A stretch of 29,654 nucleotides of DNA from Chlamydiota bacterium (GCA_050049995.1 JASFVE010000015.1:1-29654), one strand, 5' to 3'. Shown: positions 9,110 to 17,879, counted from the first letter of the stretch. Program-made: numbers and translations. The notes: generated by a model not told the origin, from the letters alone.

Positions 9110-9490
9110 ATGGCTAAGTTAGATATTCCACCTCCAGAAGGAGTCTTTCACTCTGAAAGACCTGATAATAGTGACTCATTGTCAAGAGATCTAGAAAATC
9201 ATATTAAAGATATCTTAAAAGCACATGTTAAGCCTATTATAGAAGAAAAAATTCGTGAGCTCTATCACTTCTTGCATAAACATAGACTAGATATCGAATC
9301 TATTTGTAAAAAGAATGGATGGATGCCAGGAGGAAAAAAGGATTTTCTCCATTCACTTGATCGTTCCATTGAATTTTCTCATGAATATATTACTCACTTT
9401 CCAAAGGAGAAACAAAAAGTCCTTCATGGTCAAGTAGTTGAAAGTTCAGAAGAGGTTCTTTTCTTTTTAAATAATGAATTTTCTAATTAA
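9110..9490 (+). CDS. Hypothetical helical protein (start 9110 or 9086)
   Basis: Open ORF; AAGGA SD before ATG 9110. Confidence 0.6.
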   Translation: MAKLDIPPPEGVFHSERPDNSDSLSRDLENHIKDILKAHVKPIIEEKIRELYHFLHKHRLDIESICKKNGWMPGGKKDFLHSLDRSIEFSHEYITHFPKEKQKVLHGQVVESSEEVLFFLNNEFSN

Positions 9491-9540
9491 TCTACTTTTT
9501 ATTTAACTTAATTAAGTTAATTGTTCTTTTTTAAATTAAT

Positions 9541-9568
9541 TTGTAATTAATTTCTATTTTGTTAGAAT
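9541..9568 (+). promoter_or_regulatory. Putative sigma70/sigma66 promoter for the 9642 gene
   Basis: TTGTAA-N16-TAGAAT with extended -10 TG and an AT-rich upstream region; predicted start near 9575. Confidence 0.5.
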
Positions 9569-9641
9569 AAGCCCTAGGGGGCGTGAGTTGCCACTAAAGC
9601 TTTCAAGAGCGAGCACTGTTACAAAATTAGGGGAGGGAACA

Positions 9642-10619
9642 ATGTCTGACAATCTTGAACAATCTTTTTCTCAAGGGGGATTTTCTCCTGAGAATACATC
9701 GCAAAATGTTAGTTCATCTCAAGAAGAAGTAAAAGTAAAAACAGAAACTATGGAGATGGAAACTGTTGAGCCAACAATGGATGAGCAAAGCTACTCTTTA
9801 GGAGAAGTGCCTCAAGCCTATCTGTTAGATCCTGAGATTTGCTTGCCATTAAACTCTGACACTTTAAGTCAGCCAGAAGGAAATCTTAACTCTATGGTTG
9901 ATGAAATTAATCATCACATTCAAGAGGAAGTGGCTTTAATTCAAAAACACCAAAAAAGCGTTGATTACTGGGAAGAGAGAATTGAAAAGAATAAAGCACT
10001 TATTCAGAGAAACTTTGAAAAAGCTAGAAAGAACAACGAATCTACTTCTTATGACAAAAGAAACAGAGATTATTGGTGGTCTAGAAGTGAGCAAGTAGAA
10101 TTAGATTATCAAAATGCTGAAGTTGCTTCTCGTGCTGATGAATGGTCTTGGTTGATCCGAAAATATGGTCTTAAAAACCCAGATGGTTCACCCATTGATG
10201 CTAAAAGCTCTATTGTAGAAGAACTTTGTAATGGCGGCTGTAAAAATCTTTCCATGAGATATAGAGCTAGCGGAGATAAATACGAAGAGCTTAAAAGAGA
10301 AAGAGAGCGCGAGAATGTGCAGCTTGCAAGGGAAAATGCTAAATATAAAAGTACTAACGAAACGCTTCAAAAATATGTTAGTGCAACTTATGAAGATCAT
10401 ATTGAGCCTTTACAAACTGGTATTCTGCTCTTAAAAGAGTTAGCTGCAAAGCTAAAATCTTATGTAACTCAAGATAGCAATGTAAGCTATGGCGATCTAC
10501 GAGAGTGGGCAGAGCTGTATCTCAATGAGTTTTTAAAAGATCATTCAGGTGTGAAGCAATCAGTAGTTACTGACTTTAGACGAATTGCTTCTATTCCATT
10601 ACCACCAGAAAATTGTTAA
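9642..10619 (+). CDS. Hypothetical coiled-coil protein with Ser/Glu-rich disordered N-terminus
   Basis: GGGGAGGG SD directly before ATG 9642; heptad-rich charged segments; followed by a terminator. Confidence 0.75.
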   Translation: MSDNLEQSFSQGGFSPENTSQNVSSSQEEVKVKTETMEMETVEPTMDEQSYSLGEVPQAYLLDPEICLPLNSDTLSQPEGNLNSMVDEINHHIQEEVALIQKHQKSVDYWEERIEKNKALIQRNFEKARKNNESTSYDKRNRDYWWSRSEQVELDYQNAEVASRADEWSWLIRKYGLKNPDGSPIDAKSSIVEELCNGGCKNLSMRYRASGDKYEELKRERERENVQLARENAKYKSTNETLQKYVSATYEDHIEPLQTGILLLKELAAKLKSYVTQDSNVSYGDLREWAELYLNEFLKDHSGVKQSVVTDFRRIASIPLPPENC

Positions 10620-10649
10620 ATAGTGAGGGTCGTTCGCATCTCGCTCGGG

Positions 10650-10679
10650 GGCGTAAGGGGTAACCCTTACGCCTTTTTT
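10650..10679 (+). terminator. Intrinsic terminator
   Basis: Perfect 10-bp stem GGCGTAAGGG-GTAA-CCCTTACGCC followed by TTTTTT. Confidence 0.88.
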
Positions 10680-10696
10680 ATACATGGCGGTAAATA

Positions 10697-11758
10697 ATGA
10701 AGAAAAAGATTTTCTATTTTTCTATTTTTTTAGTTTTTAAGGCACTTTGTGTCAATGAACTACAAATTATAAGCGGAATAGAGGAGTTTTTGTGTTCTCA
10801 GCAGAGTCTGCCTAAAACAGAAAGGTTTTCAGGCGCTATTCTTTTAGCAAAGAAGGGTAGAATTATATTTAGAAAAGCAAATGGCAACGCTGCTTTCACA
10901 GGAGAAGTTCCCAATAATCTAAATACCAAGTTTTATTTAGGGGCCGTAGGTGATGTATTTACATCAACTGCTATTTATCAATTAGCTCAAAAAAAGAGGA
11001 TCGCCTTAGATGACCCCATTTCTAAATATCTAAACTGTCGTTGGGGCAGCTCAAAAGCTTTTAAGGAAATTACTATTTTGCAGCTTTTGACACATACGTC
11101 AGGATTCGGAAATCTTTCTTTAAATACTAGATATAGTAAAATTTCAGACTTTCAAAAACTCATACAGAAAGAAAAACTGCATTTTTATCCTGGCTGTTCT
11201 CAAAAGTATAGTAATATTGGCTATATTTTATTGGCAGCTATTATTGAAGAGGTGAGCCAAGAAAGTTACTGCAGCTATCTTAGGAAGAATATTTTTGATA
11301 AAGCCGGGATGCATAATACTGGTTTTTATATGTCAGAGAAAAGTCATACAAATGAAGCATATGGCTACCTTTGTAATGGCACTTCACTTCAACAGTTTAA
11401 TTATGGTTTAAACAGTCTTAGCGCATTTTCTACCGTTTTAGATATGTTTTATTTTTCTCAATTCCTCCAAACAGAGCAGCTAAATGCATTTCTTCTTAAT
11501 GTCGCTACCAAGCCATCAGCTCATAGGATCAATTGCGCAAAAGGAAATTGGAATCCTTTTGGGCTTAAAATATGGAAAAGTCCAGATGTTGCAGGACTTA
11601 TGGGATCTTCTAGTGGTGCTAACGCTTTTTTAGGTATATTTTTAAAAGAGGGGTATACCTTAGTTCTTTTTGCCAATGTCTCTAATGGACAAGATGTCCA
11701 TCTCTTAAAAAAAGTATATCAATTATTAGGGTATAGTTTGCCTAACTATAATTTCTAA
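10697..11758 (+). CDS. Serine hydrolase / class C beta-lactamase-like family protein, exported, probably catalytically inactive
   Basis: Signal peptide; FSGAILLA, LDDPISKYL, ITILQLLTHTSG, YSNIGYILL. The SxxK position reads AVGD. Confidence 0.8.
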   Translation: MKKKIFYFSIFLVFKALCVNELQIISGIEEFLCSQQSLPKTERFSGAILLAKKGRIIFRKANGNAAFTGEVPNNLNTKFYLGAVGDVFTSTAIYQLAQKKRIALDDPISKYLNCRWGSSKAFKEITILQLLTHTSGFGNLSLNTRYSKISDFQKLIQKEKLHFYPGCSQKYSNIGYILLAAIIEEVSQESYCSYLRKNIFDKAGMHNTGFYMSEKSHTNEAYGYLCNGTSLQQFNYGLNSLSAFSTVLDMFYFSQFLQTEQLNAFLLNVATKPSAHRINCAKGNWNPFGLKIWKSPDVAGLMGSSSGANAFLGIFLKEGYTLVLFANVSNGQDVHLLKKVYQLLGYSLPNYNF

Positions 11759-11811
11759 ATATTTCAAATTGAAATTAATACTATTTTTTTTATAAGTGAC
11801 ATTAGAGGTTA

Positions 11812-11840
11812 TTGAAGTTTTTTGCCCTATCTGTTATAAA
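11812..11840 (+). promoter_or_regulatory. Putative sigma70/sigma66 promoter
   Basis: TTGAAG-N17-TATAAA with extended -10 TG, upstream of the AGGGAG SD of 11873. Confidence 0.45.
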
Positions 11841-11872
11841 TTTTACTGGCGATTCTAGGGAGCTTATAAAGT

Positions 11873-12304
11873 ATGAAATCTTGGATCAAAAATGGGTATC
11901 CTCTCGTATTAGAAGTACTTATTATTATCATTTGTTTAGCAATCATTGTTCAGTCTGAAACATTTCAAGAAAAGATATGTCCTCAAAAATACTGGTCTAC
12001 TAAAGTAGACGAGTTAGAAGGAGATGTTAAGCTAGATCAGTGGAAGGTAAGATCCATAGAACTATCTCTAGAAAAAGAAAAAGCAACCGGCCATTATATG
12101 ATTCAGGCAGCTATCGATCATGCTAAATCTTTTGGAAAAGATGTAGAGAAAGTGGCGCAAACAGCTGTCAATAGCTATGAAGAAAAGCTTTCCACTCTCG
12201 AAAAAGATCTAGAAGCTTCTAAGGAAGCGCTTAGTACCCATCAATTGCAGCTTCTAAATGCAAAGCTGAAATTAGAAAATGAACAGAGATTAGTCAAAAA
12301 TTAA
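11873..12304 (+). CDS. Hypothetical N-terminally anchored coiled-coil protein
   Basis: TM segment LVLEVLIIIICLAIIV followed by heptad repeats; SD AGGGAG. Confidence 0.7.
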   Translation: MKSWIKNGYPLVLEVLIIIICLAIIVQSETFQEKICPQKYWSTKVDELEGDVKLDQWKVRSIELSLEKEKATGHYMIQAAIDHAKSFGKDVEKVAQTAVNSYEEKLSTLEKDLEASKEALSTHQLQLLNAKLKLENEQRLVKN

Positions 12305-14128
12305 GCTAAGTCCTTTTTCTAATTCTAATTTAATTTTATTTTGTTTCTCTAAGGGAATATTCTTATCATCTCGATCTTTCAAGGAAAGAACTTCTAATTC
12401 AGATGTCTGATTTAAATTAGTAGTAGGGAATTTTAAAATCATTTTATGGCTGCCGTTATGCAAGAAAAACTCTAAAGGGATTTCTCCTCCATTTTGCTGC
12501 ATAGAAAGTGCAAAGTTACACCTATGTTTTGAAAAAATTGACTGTCCATTGAAGTAGGTATCCAATACATTTGAACCAACGATCTCGTTGAATATGGTAG
12601 GAAAAATGTCAACATGGCTAGTAACAACGTTTGAGTTCGTAGCTCGATTGCTATTGAGCTTGTAAATAATAGGTACTGTTGTCTGTGGATTGTTTAAGTG
12701 AGTCCCATGAAAAAGCGCTCCATTTTCAAAAAATTCCTCTCCATGGTCTCCTGTAAAAACTAAAATCGCCTCTTCATATAGATTTTCCCGCTTTAATGCA
12801 GTAGTAGCGCGGCCTATTAAGTGATCTATATAATTAACAGAATTCTTATATCTATTTTTGATCTTATCCAACCCTTTTTTGGGATTTATTGTTAAGTAGT
12901 CAATTTCTTTTGCAATAGGATGAAATTTAGGTGTGAAATCATTATGCCAGCTATATTCTGAATGGGTTGAATCAAGAAATATAATAAAAAGGGTAGCATG
13001 GGAATTGTTTTTTAAATCTTTTGAAAAATCTTTGATTGCTTGTAGGTCTCGCTGAGGTGGGGGCTCACCAGTGGCTGTGTAATCCTTGAAAAAATCATAG
13101 ATTTTTTGACTTTCTCCAAATATTTGGTCTTGCATCTTGAAGTATTTCAAGTCTGCAGAAGTGTATACTCGAATTTGGTACCCTAAATCTTTAAGAAGCT
13201 GTAGAGGGATGGCTCCTTGTTTTTGGCTTTTATAGCTATCCCAGTGAAATGGATACATACTGGTAAATATGCTAAACCACGAATGATGAGAAGCATTAGC
13301 ATTGGCAAAGGTCATAGCAATTTTAGGGCCATTTTCTTGCAGCCTGAAAAGATTGGGAGCAATCTCAGAGGTGATATAGTCTTTCCTGAGCGTCTCGATA
13401 ATAAAAAGATAGATATTCGGCCTTTTATCAATGTGACTTGCTACTAAAGGTTTATTTAGAGTAGGTTCCTTTAATTTTTTATTAATAACAATTTTCTCTC
13501 CATTAGGGGAAAGGAAGGTCGATTTCAAAGGGAGTGTTTTTTGGTACTTCGCATGGATTTCAAAGGGTAAAAGAGATCGAGAAAAAAGATCCAATGTAAG
13601 CAAGCTAAATGCTGCGATAACAACTATTTTTCCAATCTGATTAGCGCTTAAATTTAGAGGTTTAGATTTAATGACTTTTTGTGTGATCAGATAAAACATA
13701 ACTCCGGCAAAAGGAATTATAATTACAGTTCCTATCGACAAAAGGGCCATGGTCAAATTCAAATTAAGAGAGTGAATAGCAGCAAAAAAATGGCTTACCC
13801 CGGATGTAAAAAAAATTTTGAAGGCAGATAGGATCGTTGTATCCATCAACTTAACGACGGTATAATCGGCATAGTGCGCTAAAAAAAACAAAAATAAAAG
13901 TCCTACATATGCCTTATAGGCAATAGGAGAAATTTTTTTAAAAAGAAACCCAACAAGAATAAATAGAGAGACTTCCAACAGAGCTTGCAAAGCAGAGTAA
14001 ATGGAAAAAAAAACTTTATATGGTAGATATTCACTTTGAAGAGGTAAAATATGAGATAGGCTCAGAAGAGTTACGTAGATAAGTGCACAAGAAAAATATA
14101 TATAATTTATTTCATTTTTTATTTTCAT
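12290..14128 (-). CDS. Membrane-anchored sulfatase-like/alkaline phosphatase superfamily protein (PbgA/YejM or LTA synthase-like)
   Basis: About 5 N-terminal TM helices; RPNIYLFIIETLRKD, DSTHSEY, TGDHGEEF, HVDIFPTI. Confidence 0.8.
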   Translation of the reverse strand: MKIKNEINYIYFSCALIYVTLLSLSHILPLQSEYLPYKVFFSIYSALQALLEVSLFILVGFLFKKISPIAYKAYVGLLFLFFLAHYADYTVVKLMDTTILSAFKIFFTSGVSHFFAAIHSLNLNLTMALLSIGTVIIIPFAGVMFYLITQKVIKSKPLNLSANQIGKIVVIAAFSLLTLDLFSRSLLPFEIHAKYQKTLPLKSTFLSPNGEKIVINKKLKEPTLNKPLVASHIDKRPNIYLFIIETLRKDYITSEIAPNLFRLQENGPKIAMTFANANASHHSWFSIFTSMYPFHWDSYKSQKQGAIPLQLLKDLGYQIRVYTSADLKYFKMQDQIFGESQKIYDFFKDYTATGEPPPQRDLQAIKDFSKDLKNNSHATLFIIFLDSTHSEYSWHNDFTPKFHPIAKEIDYLTINPKKGLDKIKNRYKNSVNYIDHLIGRATTALKRENLYEEAILVFTGDHGEEFFENGALFHGTHLNNPQTTVPIIYKLNSNRATNSNVVTSHVDIFPTIFNEIVGSNVLDTYFNGQSIFSKHRCNFALSMQQNGGEIPLEFFLHNGSHKMILKFPTTNLNQTSELEVLSLKDRDDKNIPLEKQNKIKLELEKGLSLIFD

Positions 14129-14203
14129 TTTACAATCCCAACTTCTAATGGCTAATGTATTCCTTGTGTCCTTTTTAATAAATTTCGAGGTACTTTAAAA
14201 GAA

Positions 14204-15211
14204 ATGTTACGCATATTTTGTATTATTCTTACTTTTTTTTCATTTGCAGCCCATACAGCTGAGAAACAAGATGTCCTTATTTTAGGAGGTGGAGTAGGTG
14301 GGGTCAGCGCAGCTATCTACTTGGCAAGGGCAGGCTATAAGCCTATTGTGATTGAAGGGAAAAATCCTGGTGGACTTATTTCTCAATCCCATCTGGTACA
14401 AAACTGGCCTGGCGAAAAAGAAATCGCAGGTTACGATTTGTTCATTAAGTTAAAAGAGCAGGCAGAAGCGTGTGGAGCTGTTTTTTATTCTGAATCGGTA
14501 AAATCGGTAGACTTTTCTAAAAGACCATTTCAAATCATTACAACCAGCACTTCTAAGGAAGATACAGAAAAAAAATATTTAGCAAATAGCTGCATTATTG
14601 CCATGGGTACCACTCCTAATTTTCTGAACGTTGAAGGAGAAAAGACTTATTGGGGAAAAGGAATAACCAACTGCGCTGTTTGTGATGGGCCTCTTTACAT
14701 AGGGAAAACAGTTGGCATAGTAGGTGGTTCTGATTCTGCCTTAACTGAAGCAGAATATTTATCAAAGCTTGCTAAGAAAGTGTATATATTTGTTCGAAAA
14801 GATAAGTTTAGGACTGTTGAAAAAGAAAGAGAGAGCAGCGTTCTTGCCAAAGACAATGTTGAAGTTTTATTTAACACGGAAGTAAAGAAAATAGTCGGAG
14901 ATGATGCTCGGCTGCAGAAAGTAGTTGTGCAAGATCATGGCGCTTTAAAAGAAGTACAATTAGATGGGTTATTTTTAAGTATAGGCTCAAAGCCCAATAC
15001 AAAAATTTTTCAAAATCAGCTTAAGTTAGATGAAATAGGCTATATTGCTTTAAGACCTCAAGAGTATCAGCAAACTTCAGTAGAGGGGGTTTATGCAGTA
15101 GGAGACATAGTGGATCCTGTTTTTAAACAAGCAATTACTGCAGCTGGAGATGGGGCAAGGGCAGCCTTGAAAGTTAAGGGGTTTTTGGCTGAGAAGAATC
15201 GCCAGCTTTAA
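14204..15211 (+). CDS. trxB: Thioredoxin-disulfide reductase family flavoprotein with N-terminal signal-like peptide
   Basis: FAD motif ILGGGVGGVSAAIY, redox CAVC (NCAVCDG), TSVEGVYAVGD, QAITAAGDGARAA. Confidence 0.82.
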   Translation: MLRIFCIILTFFSFAAHTAEKQDVLILGGGVGGVSAAIYLARAGYKPIVIEGKNPGGLISQSHLVQNWPGEKEIAGYDLFIKLKEQAEACGAVFYSESVKSVDFSKRPFQIITTSTSKEDTEKKYLANSCIIAMGTTPNFLNVEGEKTYWGKGITNCAVCDGPLYIGKTVGIVGGSDSALTEAEYLSKLAKKVYIFVRKDKFRTVEKERESSVLAKDNVEVLFNTEVKKIVGDDARLQKVVVQDHGALKEVQLDGLFLSIGSKPNTKIFQNQLKLDEIGYIALRPQEYQQTSVEGVYAVGDIVDPVFKQAITAAGDGARAALKVKGFLAEKNRQL

Positions 15212-17105
15212 AAATTACATCGAAAGCTTCTTTGAACTCTTGCCAAACGAAACTTGGAGTTTCTTGAGGGTTTTTGACTATATTTTGTTCATTTTGATCT
15301 TTAAGCCCAATAATTTGCAGCTCTTTTGATCCAAAAATATTTTTCCTATTTTTGAATCTGGCAATTAGTTTGTATTTTCCATTATGCAGGAAAAACTCAT
15401 AAGGTGTTCTGCTTGCGTTGTATCTAGCAGTTAAAGTATATGCCCATTTAGATTTCTCAAAAATAGAATCTCCTTCTAAAAGGTCTGATAAAATGTTTTC
15501 TCCGAAAATATAGTCAAAAATACTGGGGAAAATTTCCATATGGCTTGCCAACGCTGTATTAGGAATTGTTCGATCCATCATTTTTCCAAATTTGTAATAC
15601 AAGGGAACATGTGTTTGTTCTTTAACAAGTTCAGAGCAATGAAACATATGGCCATGTTCCATAAATTCTTCACCATGGTCTCCCGTTACAACAATTACCG
15701 CGTCTTCATATGCTTGTTGGTTTTTGAGACTTGTTATGAACTTTCCAAAAAGATGGTCTACAAAATGCACGGAGTTTCGATAACGGTTTTTAATCATCTC
15801 AATATCCTGATCGCTATGATGAGCTTTAAAGTAACTAAAGTCATTGGAAATAGGTTTAAATTTTAAAGGGAAGTCTTTAGGCCAGCTATAGTCAAAGTGA
15901 GTAGAGTCCCAAAAAAAGATATGGATATTTCCTTCAGGCGACTGCTTAGATAAATATTCTTGAAACTTGGTAATGGTCTGACTGTCGGAATCGCATGCTT
16001 TTACAGGGTAATAATGGGGAAATAAGTGAAAGTGATCTACCAACTTCCTATTATTGCCAAAAATAAGCTCTTCCATTCCATAATAAGATAATTGTGCAGA
16101 AGAATAGACATGAATTTTATAGCCAAGCTTTTTCAAAATTTTCAAAGGGATGCTTCCTTCTGATCGGCTAGAATTTTTTGCTTCAGACCAATAGAGGGGA
16201 AAGTTTGCATGAAAAATAGAATACCAAGAAAGATGTGTTCCATTGCCTCCTGAAAGCGATAAGTCAAAATGAATATTTTCTTGCTTGAACTTTTCTAAGT
16301 TAGGTGAGTTTTTGTCATTGACAAAGTCTTCCCTAAAGCTTTCTATAATAAATAGATAAATGTTAGGTCTGTGAGGAGGAGTAAAAGTAATTTTTTCTAC
16401 CTTTTCAAGTACTAGCTCTTCTTTCTGTAGCTTTTTGGGGGGATAATTTACTGTAAGCCAAATGCTTTTAGGTTGTAAAAATGTTTTTTTCCAGGGAAGT
16501 GACTTTAAGTAAGAGTTATAATCATTGGCATTTATTATACCAGATGCAGAAAAGTCCCATATAAAAAGAGCGATAGGAAGGCAGAAAAGACCCTGTAAAA
16601 AAGCATTTTGGCGCATGAAAATAGGTCTTTTCCTAGAAAGCTTTCCTGTTAGGAGATATATGCCATACCCTAAGACAGGCATTAGTAAAATTCCAATCCC
16701 CATAGCAATCCAAATCATTAAAGGGATGCCAGAAGCATGCAGCATTTCAATAAAGTTTTCAAAGCTTTCATCTAGGACAAAATCTATCGTATCTAAAAAA
16801 GTCATATCCAATATCCTAGCCATAATAAAGTCTATGATATGGGTCAGGAAATAAAGAAAAGTTAGCCCGATAAAAATTGGTAAAAAAACCTTAGGTAGAT
16901 ACTTTTGAATGAGCCATGCACAGCAGATCATAAGGCCTATTTCTAGAAAAGACTGTCCCAGTGAATACAATAAGAAGAAAATCCTTGAACTGGAGATGGG
17001 GTCTATAGTTAGAAAGTTGAAGATAGTAAGTGAAAATAAAATGCCAAACAGCAAAGAAAAGTATACCCAATTAAAGGGGAACTTGGGGGGCGGGGTTCCT
17101 TCCAT
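15174..17105 (-). CDS. Membrane-anchored sulfatase-like protein (PbgA/YejM or LTA synthase-like), paralog of 12290..14128
   Basis: TM N-terminus; RPNIYLFIIESFRED, GNGTHLSWYSIF, DSTHFDY, TGDHGEEF. Confidence 0.8.
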   Translation of the reverse strand: MEGTPPPKFPFNWVYFSLLFGILFSLTIFNFLTIDPISSSRIFFLLYSLGQSFLEIGLMICCAWLIQKYLPKVFLPIFIGLTFLYFLTHIIDFIMARILDMTFLDTIDFVLDESFENFIEMLHASGIPLMIWIAMGIGILLMPVLGYGIYLLTGKLSRKRPIFMRQNAFLQGLFCLPIALFIWDFSASGIINANDYNSYLKSLPWKKTFLQPKSIWLTVNYPPKKLQKEELVLEKVEKITFTPPHRPNIYLFIIESFREDFVNDKNSPNLEKFKQENIHFDLSLSGGNGTHLSWYSIFHANFPLYWSEAKNSSRSEGSIPLKILKKLGYKIHVYSSAQLSYYGMEELIFGNNRKLVDHFHLFPHYYPVKACDSDSQTITKFQEYLSKQSPEGNIHIFFWDSTHFDYSWPKDFPLKFKPISNDFSYFKAHHSDQDIEMIKNRYRNSVHFVDHLFGKFITSLKNQQAYEDAVIVVTGDHGEEFMEHGHMFHCSELVKEQTHVPLYYKFGKMMDRTIPNTALASHMEIFPSIFDYIFGENILSDLLEGDSIFEKSKWAYTLTARYNASRTPYEFFLHNGKYKLIARFKNRKNIFGSKELQIIGLKDQNEQNIVKNPQETPSFVWQEFKEAFDVIFKAGDSSQPKTP

Positions 17106-17201
17106 AATATTGATGTCTATTTATTTCCTCTTTAAATAGATTAATGAAAATCGTCAACTACTGCTTTTCATTATCTTTTATTTGTATTAATTTATTGTGC
17201 T

Positions 17202-17879
17202 ATGCAATGGATTCATAAATTTCAGTTATTTTTATTTGATTTTGATGGATTGTTAGTCAATACAGAACATTTACATTATCAAGCTTATGTCAATACATGT
17301 AAAAACAGAGGAGTCAATCTTGATTGGAATTTTCTTAAATATTGTGAGGCTGCCCATTTTGAATCATTGGGAGTAAAAGACGCACTTTTACGGCAGTATC
17401 CTCAACTTTTTGAAAATGAAGTCTCTTGGGAGGCCGTTTATGCAGAAAAAAAACAACGTTATCTAGAACTTATCCAATCAGGTAAAGTAGAGTTAATGCC
17501 CGGCGTTGAAAAGCTTTTACAAGCGCTGGCTAAAGAAGGAATTAAAAGTTGTGTTGTTACTAACTCTCCCAAAGAGCAAGTGGACTTAGTTAAAGCAAAT
17601 CTTTCTATTTTATCTACTATCTCTCATTGGTTAACTAGAGAGGACTACAATGAGCCTAAGCCCAACCCAGATGGATATCTTACAGCTATTAAAAGATATC
17701 GACAGCCAAAGGATAATGTGATTGGTTTTGAAGATACTGTTAAAGGGCTAAAGGCTTTAGAGCAAACTCCGGCGAAAGCTGTATTGATATGTCCTAAGCA
17801 CCACCCTCAAATGGAAGCTTTATTTGGATTTAGTGATATTTCACACTTCACTTCTTTTGAAGAAATTCAAAATATTTAA
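17202..17879 (+). CDS. HAD-family phosphatase (subfamily IA, beta-PGM/CbbY-like)
   Basis: Motif I FDFDGLLVNTE, VVTNS, KPNPDGY, GFEDT. Confidence 0.9.
   Translation: MQWIHKFQLFLFDFDGLLVNTEHLHYQAYVNTCKNRGVNLDWNFLKYCEAAHFESLGVKDALLRQYPQLFENEVSWEAVYAEKKQRYLELIQSGKVELMPGVEKLLQALAKEGIKSCVVTNSPKEQVDLVKANLSILSTISHWLTREDYNEPKPNPDGYLTAIKRYRQPKDNVIGFEDTVKGLKALEQTPAKAVLICPKHHPQMEALFGFSDISHFTSFEEIQNI

Noticed and set aside
9503..9553. Palindromes TTAACTTAATTAAGTTAA (9503-9520) and AAATTAATT-TGT-AATTAATTT (9533-9553) as operators
   Set aside because: Almost purely A/T in a very AT-rich spacer, so chance is plausible, although they flank the predicted promoter.
9577..10676. Split tRNA or tmRNA (GGGGGCG start, GTTCG in the 3' UTR)
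   Set aside because: I could not build a cloverleaf, a proper T-arm or an acceptor/CCA end.
8004..17105. Integrative element or prophage at tRNA-Leu
   Set aside because: No integrase, transposase or phage gene, and I found no repeat of the tRNA 3' end.
12290..17105. True (formylglycine) sulfatases
   Set aside because: Neither protein has the C/SxPxR signature.
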